This document shows, piece by piece, positions 11,760 through 24,300 of a stretch of DNA of 64,000 bases. This DNA is from Hydrolagus colliei. Lineage: Eukaryota. How positions within the stretch are numbered: the first letter of the stretch is position 1; each line of letters starts with the position of its first letter. A program made the translations under genes and the position numbers. Under the pieces are notes generated by a model. That model was not told the origin of the DNA. It searched no databases and was given only the letters and a program-made list of their open reading frames with translations. The DNA lies in contig CM068769.1 of assembly GCA_035084275.1 (NCBI GenBank), positions 1,860,001 to 1,924,000 on the forward strand, read 5' to 3'.

Positions 11760-12520
11760 TGGAGCAGGGCAGAGCCTTCCTCCCTTATTTCCGTTCCATG
11801 ACCGGTACAGCGTTGCACCACCTCCGTATTATTGCCAAACGCAGCCAGTGGCTCACCCCCACTAAACTGAACATGCATCTACACTATTGGGACTTCCAGG
11901 CTCGACTACGGGAACTCTCTACTCGTCGGCCTTCCTAGTTCCTCCCTTGATGGGCTGCACGTCATTCAGAACATTGCACCTCGTGTACTCTCCCGCACCA
12001 GGAACCACGACCATATCACTCCCAGCTTCGGACGTCTCCACTGGCTCCACTTTCCACAAAGGATTGAATTCAAGATCTTTGTCCACACTTTCGAGACCAT
12101 TGTCAGCCTTGCCGCCGCGTATCTCTCCGAACTGCTCTCTCCCTACCATCCAACCTGTACAGTCCGCTCAGCAGAATCAGACCTGCTTGGAGACCACTGC
12201 ACTAACCCCCACCCACTCCACCGTCGGTGGCCTGTCTTGCAGCCTCTCTGCTCCCATACGGTGGAACTCCATCCCGCAATCCCTTCGATTCACTTCCTCT
12301 CTTTCCTTCTTCAAGGCCCGCCTTAAGATCTTCTTCTTTGAACGTGCATCATGCACCCCTCCTAACTCTTCTATTTCTCCTGATCTCCTTCCCTCGCACT
12401 AACCCCGACCCTTCCCCACGTGCCCCGGTCGCAAACTGACAGGACAACGCTTTAGGACGTCCAGTCGACGTGAAATGCGCTCAATGAATGTAATTTTGTT
12501 GTTGTTCTTGCTGTTGTTGA
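11760..12520 (+). mobile_element. L2-type LINE 3' fragment
   Basis: Degenerate RT C-terminus (RLDY...DHITP...LHWL...RIEFK...APIRWNSIP) and a gcgctcaatgaatgtaa-(TTG)n tail. Confidence 0.85.
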
Positions 12521-12724
12521 ATGAGATGACTAATACAATGAGGGAAGGATGTTGTATCAAAACGAACGTGATAATTGTTCAATTTAAGTTTGGAAAAGGA
12601 AATCCGAGCACTATCGATTCATTCAATTAGTACTGTGCAGTATCAGTATCGCGAATTAAAAATGATATCAGTGGAAGACTAATAGTAACAACGAAATGTG
12701 ACCAGATTTTGGTTACCCTAAGCA

Positions 12725-13925
12725 TACTAGATTCATAGATACATAGAATTTTACGGCACAAAAGGAGGCCATTCGGCCCATCTATTCTGTGCCGGCTCTT
12801 TGAAAAGAGCGATTTAATCAAACTGCCCTGCCCGCTCCCCATAGCCTAATAGACCTGTTCTCCCTAAATAAAGATCTAATTCCCTTTTAAAAGTTGTTAT
12901 CGAATCAGCCTCCACCACCATTTCAGCAAATGCATTCCAGATTCGAACAACTCGCTGAGTGAAAGAAGTTCTCCTAAGCTCCCCTCTACTTCGCCATGAA
13001 ACTATTTTAAAACTGTGAACACGAGTCACAGATTCACCCACGAGTGGAAATAGGTTTTCTCTATTTGCCCTGTCGAAACCCCTCATGATCTTGTAAACCT
13101 CTATTAGGTCTCCCCTCAATCTTCTCTGCTCCAGAGAGAATAACCCTAGCCTATCTAGCCTCTAATCATAGCGGAAGACCCTCAATCCTGGCACCATTAT
13201 AGTAAATCTTCTTTGTACCCTTTCCAATGCCTTCACATCCTTTCTGTAGTGTGGTGACCAGAATTGAACACAGTATTCCAGCTGAGGCCTCACCAAAGTC
13301 CTATGAAGGTTAGTCAGCACTTCCTGACTTTTGTACTCTATACCCCTATTTATAAAGCCTAGTATCCCATAAGCCTTCTTAACAGCCTTGTCTACCTGTC
13401 CTGACACCTTCAACGAGTCACTAACACAAATCCCCAGGTCTCTCTGTTCCTTCACACCTTTTAAAATTGTACTATCTAGCCTATATTGCCTCCCTTCATT
13501 TCTTCTCCCAAAATGCATCACCTCACACTTCTCTGCATTAAACATCATCTGCCATGTTTCTGCCCACTTTACCAATTTGTCTATATCCTCTTGCAGATGG
13601 CTACGATCCTCCTCACTATTTACTATTCTCCCTAACCTAGTGTCATCTGCAAACTTGGAAACTGTACTCCGTACACCCAAGTCCAGATCATTGATGTAGA
13701 TTACAAACAGCAATGGTCCCAAAACTGATCCCAGTGGCACACCACTGCTCACTTCCCTCCAATCTGAAAAACAGCCGCTCACTACAACCCTCTGCTTTTT
13801 GTCTCGCAGCCAGTTGTGGATCCACGCTGCCACTGTCACTTTTACGGCATGGGGCTTTAATTTCATAATAAGTCTCTCATGTGGCACTTTGTCAAATGCC
13901 TTTTGAAAGTCCATGTAAACTACAT
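12725..13925 (-). mobile_element. CR1-type LINE, 3' part of the reverse transcriptase ORF
   Basis: ORF 13162-13914 has DFQKAFDKVPH, GVPLGSVLGPLLF, FADDT and LVRPQLEYCVQFWSP. It continues in 12814-13119 (RGDLIEVYKIM...FTQRVV). Confidence 0.95.
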
Positions 13926-15666
13926 GGACATGAATGCGAAATTAAAATAATGTGGCTTTACAGTCTGCAAAAAAGTTAACGAGATCAAATAGCTTAATAA
14001 AAGTTTGAGAAACACAGTGATATAAACAGAAATGACAGCAGATGGTCTGTCCAATTGGCAAAGCTGGCATGTGGCATGTGAAGCATTTGAAATGCAGAGG
14101 ATATACGAGCCAAAATGTAGGCCAAACAAATTGGAAAATGCGGCAAATTTTGATTAGATCTCCATATCAGGTGTTGAGCAACAGCTACAAACGAATGCTG
14201 TCAGTGCAACTATATGGGATTATGCAGAAATTGACAAGTAAATCAAAGGTTTTATAGCCGATCCAAATCGCAAAGCAAACCGATGGAAGACAGTAGAAGT
14301 GGTCAAATAACATGAGGGGAGCCAGAACTAGAAAACTAACCCAAGTGAATATGAAAGGGAGACACCTCCGATGTAGATTACAGTGAAAATGAACAAGAAG
14401 AGAAGTAAAACATCGAGACAAAAAAAAATCAAAAGTGAATCGGTGGTTGTGTGTGGATATTTGAGGTGTCTGGAAGCAAGGAAACTAATTTAGTGCAAGT
14501 TAGATATAGGGACACAGACCAGCATGATGGCATCTTGGGATTCTAGTTCCAGAGAATCAGAACCTAATAAGCCTGGTAAAGGTGCAAATGATTTTGTGAC
14601 AATAAGTATGATATAAGAAATACACAAATGATTAAAGATTGTTATCTAATAGTAAATTCTCGTACAATATATAATATAACATGGGTCGAGACTCAGAGTA
14701 ATACCCAATGAATTCTGCAGAAAGCTGATTTTTCCAGGTATTGTTCAGTAATATGGTCAATCTCCGTTATACTCACACAAACCAATAGTACCCTCTTTCC
14801 TTCTCTAATTCTTCGCTGGACCTGAGCCCAATTATACTATTCTCTGAAAATGACCGTTGACCTTATCTGAACTATGTCCCAAATTAGATAATGTGTCATT
14901 CTCTTTGTGCTGTCTAGAAAGTACATCTTATCTCAGGAACCTACTGGTATTGGGCTTGAATAGCTTGTTAGTGCATGCTATCCATTTTGTCCGCATTCCT
15001 ATATCGTGCATTTCAGACTTTGTGTCGGTTTTCACTTTTAATTCAGGTTCTCATTACTTTTGCTGAATACGCTTTTCAGTCTATATGAAACCTATCCTAT
15101 CCTCCTACCTACAACACATGGCAAGTATATGTAAAATTTGGAGAACCAAATAATGAAAAGATAGTGAAAGGAAAGATAAATAAATGGTGTTCATTAATGG
15201 AAAATATTAAATAGTGGTCAGAGTAGCGAAATGAGCTGTATACAAGGGAGATAATATAGAATTAGTAATGCATAGTAAACAGAAAATACAATAATTTATC
15301 GGGATTGGAACGCAGCATAAAATATATAGTGACAAACATTAGGTATGTGACAAGTCAGAGGATGTGTGAGACATTAAAGAGAGAAATGCATGTAATTTAA
15401 TGGCGACTTAGATAGAAAACGTGGCATGGAAAAAATAGGAAGACATTTGTTCAGTTATACTGAGAATTGATTTTATTGTAGCTCGAATTATAGCCAAATA
15501 GCATAAGGATATTACACAGCTGCAGGAAGCGTGATAGATAAGACTGAATAAATATTAGCCAGATAAGATGTAGGAATTAATCAGTGATAATGCGCCACAC
15601 AATTGGCGAGCACTGAATTTTTCTTAAAACAGAAAACGTTGGGTTCTAGAGTACAGTACACCTTAC

Positions 15667-15715
15667 TACATGTTCCACGAAGCTAAGGAATGGAGCAAAG
15701 AGCCTTGCAATAATA
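15667..15715 (-). pseudogene. Candidate second leader exon of the SRCR-Ig receptor
   Basis: attctgcag acceptor and GTAAGG donor. Joined to 18538-18562 it gives the signal-peptide-like MKLIFFFIVLLQGSLLHSLASWNM, but it is 49 nt, one base off phase 1-1. Confidence 0.35.
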
Positions 15716-15734
15716 CTGCAGAATTATACCAACA

Positions 15735-15950
15735 GATGACCAGTGACAAAACATAAAATACTACAGACGCTGGAAACCTGAAACAGAAACAGAAGTTACT
15801 TGTAAAACTCAGCAGGTTAGGCAGCATCCATGGAGAAAAGATAGTGAATCTACATTTCGTGTCCACCACACACATTCAGAACAGGTTGTGGTCGAAGGGA
15901 GCTGCCGATATGCTGAGTTTTCTCATCAATTTCTATTTTATTTCAGATAA
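15735..15950 (-). mobile_element. Penelope-like element 3' terminal fragment
   Basis: Reverse complement of the ggatgctgcc...ctgctga(g/c)ttt...gttt terminus seen at 32100-32190 and 62960-63040. Confidence 0.6.
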
Positions 15951-16639
15951 CCAAGGACAGACACCAACACAGATGAAGGTGTGCTGAATATGAAGAGATG
16001 GGTTAATGTGCCTGGACACAAAACTCCGACCATAGGTACAGAGATAAATATATTGGAAGATACAATGTCAATTGCAAAAGAAGGGAAAACAAACTTTAAA
16101 AAAAGGAGAGACAACTAAAAACAGAAGGATGGATCAAAGTAAAAAAGTAGGAGTATGTTACGTAAACGTAATCCTAATATCTATAACATGAACAAGAAAC
16201 ATTACGTAGACGAATATCATGAGAAATCAAACAAAATACAGCGAAGAAAATACAGGAAATAAATTAAAAGTAGGAGCAAGGTCGAGGAGTGACAGAAAGT
16301 GTAAGAAGAACGAACTGCGGGAGAGGAATCAACAATCCACAAAGAATGACAGGACGAGATTGAACAAACAGAGGATAAACTAAAATTAAGAAGGTACTGC
16401 ACATTGCTTTCAGGGCATCAGTGGGAATTGAATATGGATGCCACACTGGTGGAAGAATTTTGCTAAATGGATTAACCAGATTTGAAAGAAGCTGATTTGT
16501 ATAGTTCGAAATAAAGGATTGAGGGAATTTATATTGTGCTTTGGGTGAAATAAAATTACAATCTTACTTGCAGATTCCTCCATCCTTCTCTCCAGAAATA
16601 TCACTATACAAGAAAACAAACCAAGATCAGAACAGAGAA

Positions 16640-17085
16640 TGGAACAACAACAACAATTACAAGGATTTGTAGCGTGCTTCATGCCGAATGGCGTCTCAGA
16701 GCGCTTCTCAATAACGGATCCCGGTGCAAACCACTAGGAGAGGGAAGAAGATGACCGAAAGCGCGGTCGAAAAGAAAGGTCTTTAGCCGAGACCTGAAAA
16801 TACGAAAGGAGGGGGCGAGGCAAAGTGAACGAGGAAGGGAGTTCGAGAGCCTCGGGGTCTAGTGGCTGAAGGCACGACCGGCAATGGTGGAGCGGATAAT
16901 TCGGGCGACCAGGAAGAGGGCAGGCTCAGTGGAGCGAAAGCAACGGGTAATATTCTGAGGACGGGAGGCCAAAGTAGCAGGGGATGCAGAGGAGCGGAGG
17001 CATTCAAATACAAGCATGAGGATCTTGAAATTGTTACTCTCTGCGATAGAGAGCCAGTGCAGTCTGGCAAGAATTATGAATAAAG
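16640..17085 (-). mobile_element. L2-type LINE 3' fragment
   Basis: L2-like 3' sequence and tail. Confidence 0.7.
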
Positions 17086-17304
17086 TAATTTACACAATCA
17101 AGTAGCTGAGCTGCCTGGTTTCTCAGTACATTAAGGTCATTAACTATGGTGCAACTATCTGGGGCCAGCACCATAAAGGCTCTCGAAGGGTTGCGAAAAA
17201 TACCGTACCATAACAATGTTGAGCGAGACACTGCAACGATACGATAGGGACACCATTTGTGACTTAAAACAAATCGCATTCATAGAACCCCAACATCCAG
17301 CAAC

Positions 17305-17310
17305 ACACAC

Positions 17311-17369
<59 letters not shown>

Positions 17370-17370
17370 T
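17305..17370. repeat. (CA)n microsatellite
   Basis: Direct observation. Confidence 0.95.
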
Positions 17371-18537
17371 TGTCTGGACGGCCTTTTGCTGTGCGAGGAT
17401 TGTTTGTGCTTGTGATTCATGTCTCCCAGAAGAATAGTTTCAGTTTACAGCCACAAACCAGAAACTCCTCTCCCCATGCTGCTTTTCCCTCTCTCGGCCT
17501 CTCATGTCCCGTTACTTCTCTCCCTCGTTCTGCCTATACTCTCGGTCTTCCTCTGTGCTCTCAACTACTTCTGCATTAACTCTATCACGTCTCTCTCCTC
17601 ACTCATCTACCACTACCTCCCTCCTCTTATGGCATCCTTTCTCTCTCCTTTCCCATGTGTCTGCACGGATTATCTCTTTTCTTTGAATTCATCTTTCCAC
17701 TCCTATTTCCTCTCCCATCTTATCTTTCCTTCCCGCTCTCTCCATTCTTGGAACACGGGAACACGAATATGCAGTTCATTTATTGGAGTCTCTTCAATCG
17801 TGCGATTAGCTTGTGTGATATGCAATCTTAGCTATATCTCTACTAATCCTTTCAATTCAAATTTCTCCACATGTTCCTTAAAACCCCGAGTTATCCACCA
17901 TGTACCAATCTCATTCTTGAAGGGATAAATGGATAAAGCATTCAGTACATCTACATAGAGGGAAATCCAGCTTCCTGCAATCCCGTGAGTGAAAAACAAT
18001 ACTTCCTGCTTTCACAATTAAATGGCCTGATTCTAGTTTTAAGACTATGGCCCATTGTTGTGCAGTCGCCCTCCAGAGAAATTCCCCTCTGCTCTCCTCT
18101 CCCTGCTATTATTCTTCCTTCTCACCTCGCTATTCTGTCCTTATTCTTCTTCTCTCTCCTCTCTCTGTCAGGGACAACAACAACAATAATTACATTTTAT
18201 ACAGCGCATATAGCGGCAGATGGACGTTCCAAAGCGAAGAGTGTAGGATCTGTAGCCTAACACTAACCCTAGGGATGGTGATATAGATGGTATGGACTAG
18301 GAAACTTGTCGAGGGACTTGAGGCGTGGCATGCAGGAAGCAAGGAAGTGAGTGAGGGGGAATACGTGTGGGATGGAGTTCACAATATTGGTGCAGCTAGG
18401 CTGAAGGGGTTAATGATAGTGCGATGGATATGAAAGGTGGAATAGGTCAAGGAGCAGAATAGAGGGTTAATTAAAAGCTGTGATGAAAACAGGATTCCGA
18501 GGCGAATTTCGGATACATGATTAGAAACCACACTCAC

Positions 18538-18562
18538 CGATGAAGAAAAAGATCAGTTTCAT
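18538..18562 (-). CDS. Candidate first leader exon of the SRCR-Ig receptor (MKLIFFFI)
   Basis: ATG followed by hydrophobic codons and a strong phase-1 G/GTGAGT donor. Assignment to this gene is inferred from position and strand. Confidence 0.4.
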
Positions 18563-21095
18563 CTTGACTACTTGGAACACTTGTTGAGGAGCAGCCAGTT
18601 TAGGTGAGTGGGTGTATCCCTGTGGGATTCCACGTATTTGGGGCGAAACCTTACGGAGAAGGTCTGAGGAGCTGCTCCTGACTTGACCACTCCATCTGAC
18701 TGATCTCTGTGATCTTGAATCATACACTTCACTGTGACACGGGCAAACGCTGAGACTCAGTCTCTCTCTAAGCTGACCACATAATAGCAGAACTGATCAT
18801 GTTCTCTCTTCTTGGAACGACTGTCATCAGCACCCCCACCCACTGAGAATCTGCAGTTTTTGCAAACACTCAGAGGCCTGATCGTAGGGACGGACGGTCT
18901 GAACTCGACAAACAGTGGAAGTTCAACAGTGTCCACATGGGACAAGCTATGTGGCTTTAGTGCCTTAACCGTCAGCAATTACACCTACCCTATGAGGGAT
19001 ATAAAGGCACTGAATATGGTGTAGATGAGATTTACCAGGATGGAAACTATAGGAACTGGTATTGTCTCAGAGTAGAACATTTTGAAATGATCGTTAAAAG
19101 ATTTATTCAAAATTAGAAAAGGTTTTGCAAAAGTAGAGACGGAAAACGTGTTTTGAGTTAATTGACAACAAATACCAGTTGGGATCCAAAACAAGCAGAT
19201 GCATGTTTTTTTTAATAAAACATAGCCCTAAAGTTAAGACCTCAACCTGACCCTTAGCCTAATCCTCCCCAGAAACCCCATCATTAGAGTTTTCAGTTGA
19301 TTTGTTGGAAGTTAACAAAAAGAGAAAATTTGAAACATAAAAATAGACAAAATTGTGAGAATCTGAAAGAGGAAGAATGGGTGACGAAAAGGGGCTGAGC
19401 TGTGAAATCGGATCTCTGTAGTTGAAATTTATATAGATATCTTCACAGTTATTGCGACACTTCATCAGAGCATTATATTGCAAAACTCTGCAAAGGCTGC
19501 TCAAAAGAAAAAATGAATCTCACTTATTTGTCTCTTTCTTTTTCTGTTTCATTGCCCCTCATTTGTTCTCTCTCTCTCTCTCCATCTTTCTCTCTCACTC
19601 ACACACAAACGCATATACACATGCATACACATACCGTGTTTTCACAGTCCGATTCACTATCTAACTCTCAGTCTTTCTCTCACACACTGCTTCTCTCAAA
19701 CTCTCAGTCCTTCACTCTCCTGCTGAGCGTCTCACAATCTTAGTTAATCACTTATTGACACTTGTCTCTGAAACTCCCAGTCGCTATCGCTCTCTGTGTC
19801 ACACAAACTGTCCCTTACACTCTATCTCACTGTTACTCCATGTCGGTCTGCTTCTATGAGCCTGTCATGCCAGATGATAAATTTGAGTTACAATTTATTC
19901 CATGTCGATGATGTTATCGATGCTGCAATGCTTTTGCTAAAAGGGAAATGAGATTCTGCATGTGTTAGAATCCATACCAGCACATTGTGAGCTGTCTGAA
20001 AGGGCTATTCTTGAACATGGGACATAATTGCAAAGGCTGATGTGTAGCTGAACAACTATGGTAGGTTTATCCAGCGTTACCGGATAAGAAGCACAAACCT
20101 GCAAAGGGTGCGAATACATTTAAAGTGATAGTTATCTGGACACTAATCAAGTCTCAAAGGTTAATATTATTAATCATTCGATTTGATATAGCGCCTTATC
20201 ACGCGTTCTATGTATCTCAAAGCGCTTCACAGAATATATTGTAAAATGAATTATTCGTAGATTTTTGGGCGAAATGCAGTTGCCCACAGCAGTCATTACT
20301 TGAAATAACCGAATTATTATTCTAATTTTTTGAGTCAGTCTCTTTCTCTCTTTATCCATCTCGGTGTTTCTGTCGGTTTCCTTCTCTGAACGTCTTGTGT
20401 GAGATCGTAGGATTGGGGTCCAGTTTGTGCAATGTTTAGGAGAGATGTTCAAGATACTGCACAGCATTTCCTAAAAGGAGAAGTGAGTTTCTATGTGAAT
20501 TACACTTCACACATCTCAATTCATGTCGTATGAAAGGGTTAATGCTGAACATAAAAAAGAAATATTATTTAAATTTGTAGAGCGCCTTTCACTTCGGGAG
20601 GACTGTGTGATGTGTAGCTGAACCACTGTTGTAGTTTTAGCTGAGCATCGTCACCGGATGTAAAACACAAACGACACAAACCTCCTAAAAAAGGGCTCCC
20701 ACATTTCCCTGCAAAAGAGAGAGTGGGAGGCTGTATGTGGGGGAGGGGAACTTTATCTGTGTGTGTGTGTGATAGAGAGAGGGGAGGCTGTGTGTACGTA
20801 GGGGTGCGGGAGTTTTGTATATGTTGAGGCTCTGTGTGTATGTGGGCGGGCTGTGTATATGAGGCGACGGTGTTTGGGGGGGGTGTGGGTCCGGCCTCTT
20901 TGTGTATGTGAGAATTGGGGCTTTGTGTTTGTGGGACGCTGTGTATGTGTATGTGAGTTTATTGCTTGTCCATTTATTTCTGTGAGGGGGACTGTGTTTA
21001 GTGCGTGCATCGGTGCGCTGCGTATGTTAGAGGAATGTGTGTGTGGTATTGGTGGAGTGGGAGATGGGGAGACGGGCGACTGTATGTGTGGAGGG

Positions 21096-21350
21096 GAGTG
21101 GGTTCTCCACATGTCAATCACTAGTTACCAGAGGCAGAGTGGGCGTGTCCCACACTCCTGCCAATCACTGGTTACCAAAGACAGCGTGAGCGTGTCCCAC
21201 AGTCCTGCCAATCACTATTTACCAGGCAGTCAGTGGGCAGGTCCCTCCCACACAGCCTCGCGGCTCATACCGTTATGACATCACTTGCGTCTTGTCCGTT
21301 GGCGGCAGCGGCTCAAGAGAAAAAAGCAGCAGCAACAATGGCGGCGACAG
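21096..21350 (+). promoter_or_regulatory. Promoter-like cassette 1: about 3.5 tandem 46-bp units (GGGCGTGTC / CCAATC / GGTTACCA), TGACATCA, then AACAATGGCGGCG
   Basis: Motifs read directly. TGACATCA at 21276-21283 and ATGGCGGCG at 21338-21346. Function is inferred. Confidence 0.5.
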
Positions 21351-23279
21351 AGAGCGAGATTCTGAGACCCTGCAGAGAGAGAGAGGGGGTCACACTGAGG
21401 GATAGAGACATGTGTGTGTGTGTGACGGATGATGGTGGGCTGTGCGTGTGAGTGGGCACGTGTGTGTGAGAAGTTTTGTGTTGTGGGGCTATGTGTTGGG
21501 TGGGTTGTATGTGTCTATGTGTATGTTTATGAGTTGGAGCTGTGTGGGGGTGGGTATGAATAATAGACACAGGGAGAGATATAATGTTATCATTGTCTGT
21601 GTGTGTCTCTCCCTGTCAATGTATGTGGGTTCGAGGACGGGTGTTGGGGGGGTATTCCGCGTATGCGTGTGGGAAGTGTGTGTGCGAAGGGTGTTGGGGC
21701 CTGGTTGATTGCCCTGGGGGTTTTTTAATTATAGTGTATTGGTGTGTATTTGTATACATGGGATTGGGATGCTGTGTGCGGGATACAGAGAGAGATAGAC
21801 AAAGGCTAGTGTGTGTGTATGTCTCGGGTTGTTTGTGTGTCAGCGCCTTGTGACATCCTCCCAACGTCACAAGCGCTCTATCAATCTACCTTTGTTGTTA
21901 TTTTGTTGTTTGTGTGTCTCAGAGACACGGAGTCAGATGTGGGTCTCTGTTTTAGTAGATCACAGGCTGTTGAGAGGTCTCTATCTCTCTCGGTGTCTCC
22001 TGAAGGCCGGAAGCATAGGGAGAGTGACACTATTGTTCTGTTTGCAGCCTGAGATACACTCACAGAGAGAGTGAGACACCCGCAAACACATACTCACAGG
22101 CCTCTGTCTCTCCATGTCTCACGCACACAGCCCGCGTTCACTAACCATCAGATGTCACAGACATTCACTTGGATAAACTTACGTACACATCTACACACAC
22201 ACAGACACATTGTAGTCCGTTCCCCCCTCCCCATGTTTCTCTGATAATAATATTGGACGCTGTTGGACGCATCTTATCGTTTTTACAGGATACACTTTAA
22301 AGTGCAGTGACTGTGTTTGGTGGGCGAAACATTGCAGTGAATTGTGCAGAGCAACAACTTATGAATAGTCATGGATTGAGCGACAACAGTATTGTTATTA
22401 TTAAGGGACCGTTAGCCAGGTAAAGCGATCACTAATCGACGAGCAAGCATTTTCGGAACTACTGGTAGCTCAGGGAAAAACCTTGCACAAGTTTTCTTAC
22501 TCCACAAACAGGCCTGATAAAAACACATATCGATCACTTCAATCCACGACTGTTGTGGGACAGTCTTGTGCAATTGAAGGCTACGATTCACCCACAAACC
22601 TATAGTCGCTTCACTTTACTGTATATTACACGCAGAGCTTTAAGATGTCTAGAATACATGATAAGGCACTATATCAAAAGCAAGGATTATTATTATCACT
22701 GTTGGTCAACATACAATTATGGAAAGTAAAGAAAACAACTCCAAATTTAATCTTATCCTACCTAGGAATCCAGCCTAGGCCCTCTCACTAGCTAATTGTA
22801 ATGTACACATACACACACCCAAACACGCAATCTCTCATTCCCACACTCATATACACTCCCTCTCACATTCACGCACTCTCACGTACACACACACTGACGA
22901 GACAAACAGTCATGTACATTGACTCTCACACACGACAAAGACAGAAACATTGGCTTCCATATTTTGCTCACAAAACATACAGTCATCTTAAACTGTTGTA
23001 TATGCAGTAAAGCATTTTGAGATGTCCCAAAGATGGGATAAAGTGCTATATCAAATGCAAAGTTTATTATTGTGATTAGACACAGAGAAACATAGCGAGA
23101 GGGGCCTAAAGTGTTTCGCTGTATGTGTGTGTGAGAGAATGACTGAATGCGCAATGTCATTTGTGATTTCTGATTTCCAGAGACAGAGGCCTGTATGTGA
23201 GAGACAAACAAAAAGGCCTGCGTGAGTGTCTCTAATTGGTTGTATTTCAGTCTATAGAGAGATTGTTAGTGTTTCTCTC

Positions 23280-23311
<32 letters not shown>

Positions 23312-23559
23312 TGTTACGGTCTCAGTAATATAGAGACACATTGAGGCAGAGAGAGGGGATTCCAATGTTTTTCTGTGTCTGTACGTATGTCTTTGTCTTC
23401 CATTGTGTGACTCTCTCGCTGTGTGTAACTCAGTGTATGTAAGTCCCCGAAACACAGAGACCACCAATGTATATGATTGAGTGGCAATTGTATCTGTGCA
23501 TTTGTGCACCCTGCATTTGTGTGTCAATCGCTGTCTTGAATATGTTCAAGAAATGAGCA

Positions 23560-24300
23560 TCCGCAGCACTTCGGGATTGAGAGTTCCGTAAAGTTACTAC
23601 AATCTGAGCGAATAAATGTTTTCTCCACTCAGTGCAAAATGATTCACCCCTAATCTTCAGACTGTCACCCCTTGTTACAGTTTCTCCAACCAGGTTCTAC
23701 TCTGTCTGCCCCCTTAATAATCTGATACTTTTCTGTAAGAAGACCTCCAATTCTTCTATATTCTAGAGCATATAGGCCTAGATCGCTCAACCTATCCAAT
23801 TAGCTCATTCCATTCATCCCAGGTACCAAACTAATGAAGCTAAATTGTACCCACTCCAAGGCGAGCACATATTTTCTAAAATATGGAGACCAAAACTTGA
23901 CACAGTATTCCAGATGTGGTCTCACCAAGACCCTAAAAAACTGCAGCAAGCCTTCCTTACACTTATATTCTAACCATTTTATAATGAACGCCAACATACT
24001 GTTAGGCTTCCTAACTGCTTTCTGTATTTGCAAGCTAACTTTTTGTTACTTGTGTGCAAAGACAACCAAGTCCCTCTGAAAGGTAACACAATTTAGTCTC
24101 TCGCCTTATAAAGAATAATCTGCAATACAGTTTTTACCATCTAGTTGGATGAATTCACACTTCCCTACGTTATACTTCATCTGCCACCTACTTGTCCATT
24201 CAACAAGCGTAACTATGTCGCGCTGCATTTTACAAATGTGACCACTGGTGTTTAGTCTCCTTCGTAATTTAGTTTCATCCGCGAATTAGGATATTTTAAC
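23560..24300 (-). mobile_element. CR1-type LINE RT fragment
   Basis: ORF 23800-24033 contains LVRPHLEYCVKFWSPYFRKYVLALEWVQ. Confidence 0.9.

Noticed and set aside
15950-17990. Purine-rich, stop-interrupted reading frames (15950-16650 plus; 17560-17990 minus)
   Set aside because: Probably old retroelement ORF relics, but I could not recognise any motif to support a call.
18585-18645. Minus-strand peptide RGIPQGYTHSPKLA resembling the RT motif G-x-PQG-x-x-x-SP
   Set aside because: An isolated 14-aa match with no other RT motifs or YxDD nearby; it more likely lies in the 5' region of the candidate leader exon.
18730-18736. Isolated RSS heptamer (cactgtg)
   Set aside because: No nonamer at 12 or 23 bp.
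21338-21451. ATGGCGGCG start of a possible plus-strand protein (MAATESEILRPC...)
   Set aside because: Runs into simple repeats, with no convincing donor or downstream exons; kept only as a YY1/initiator-like motif.
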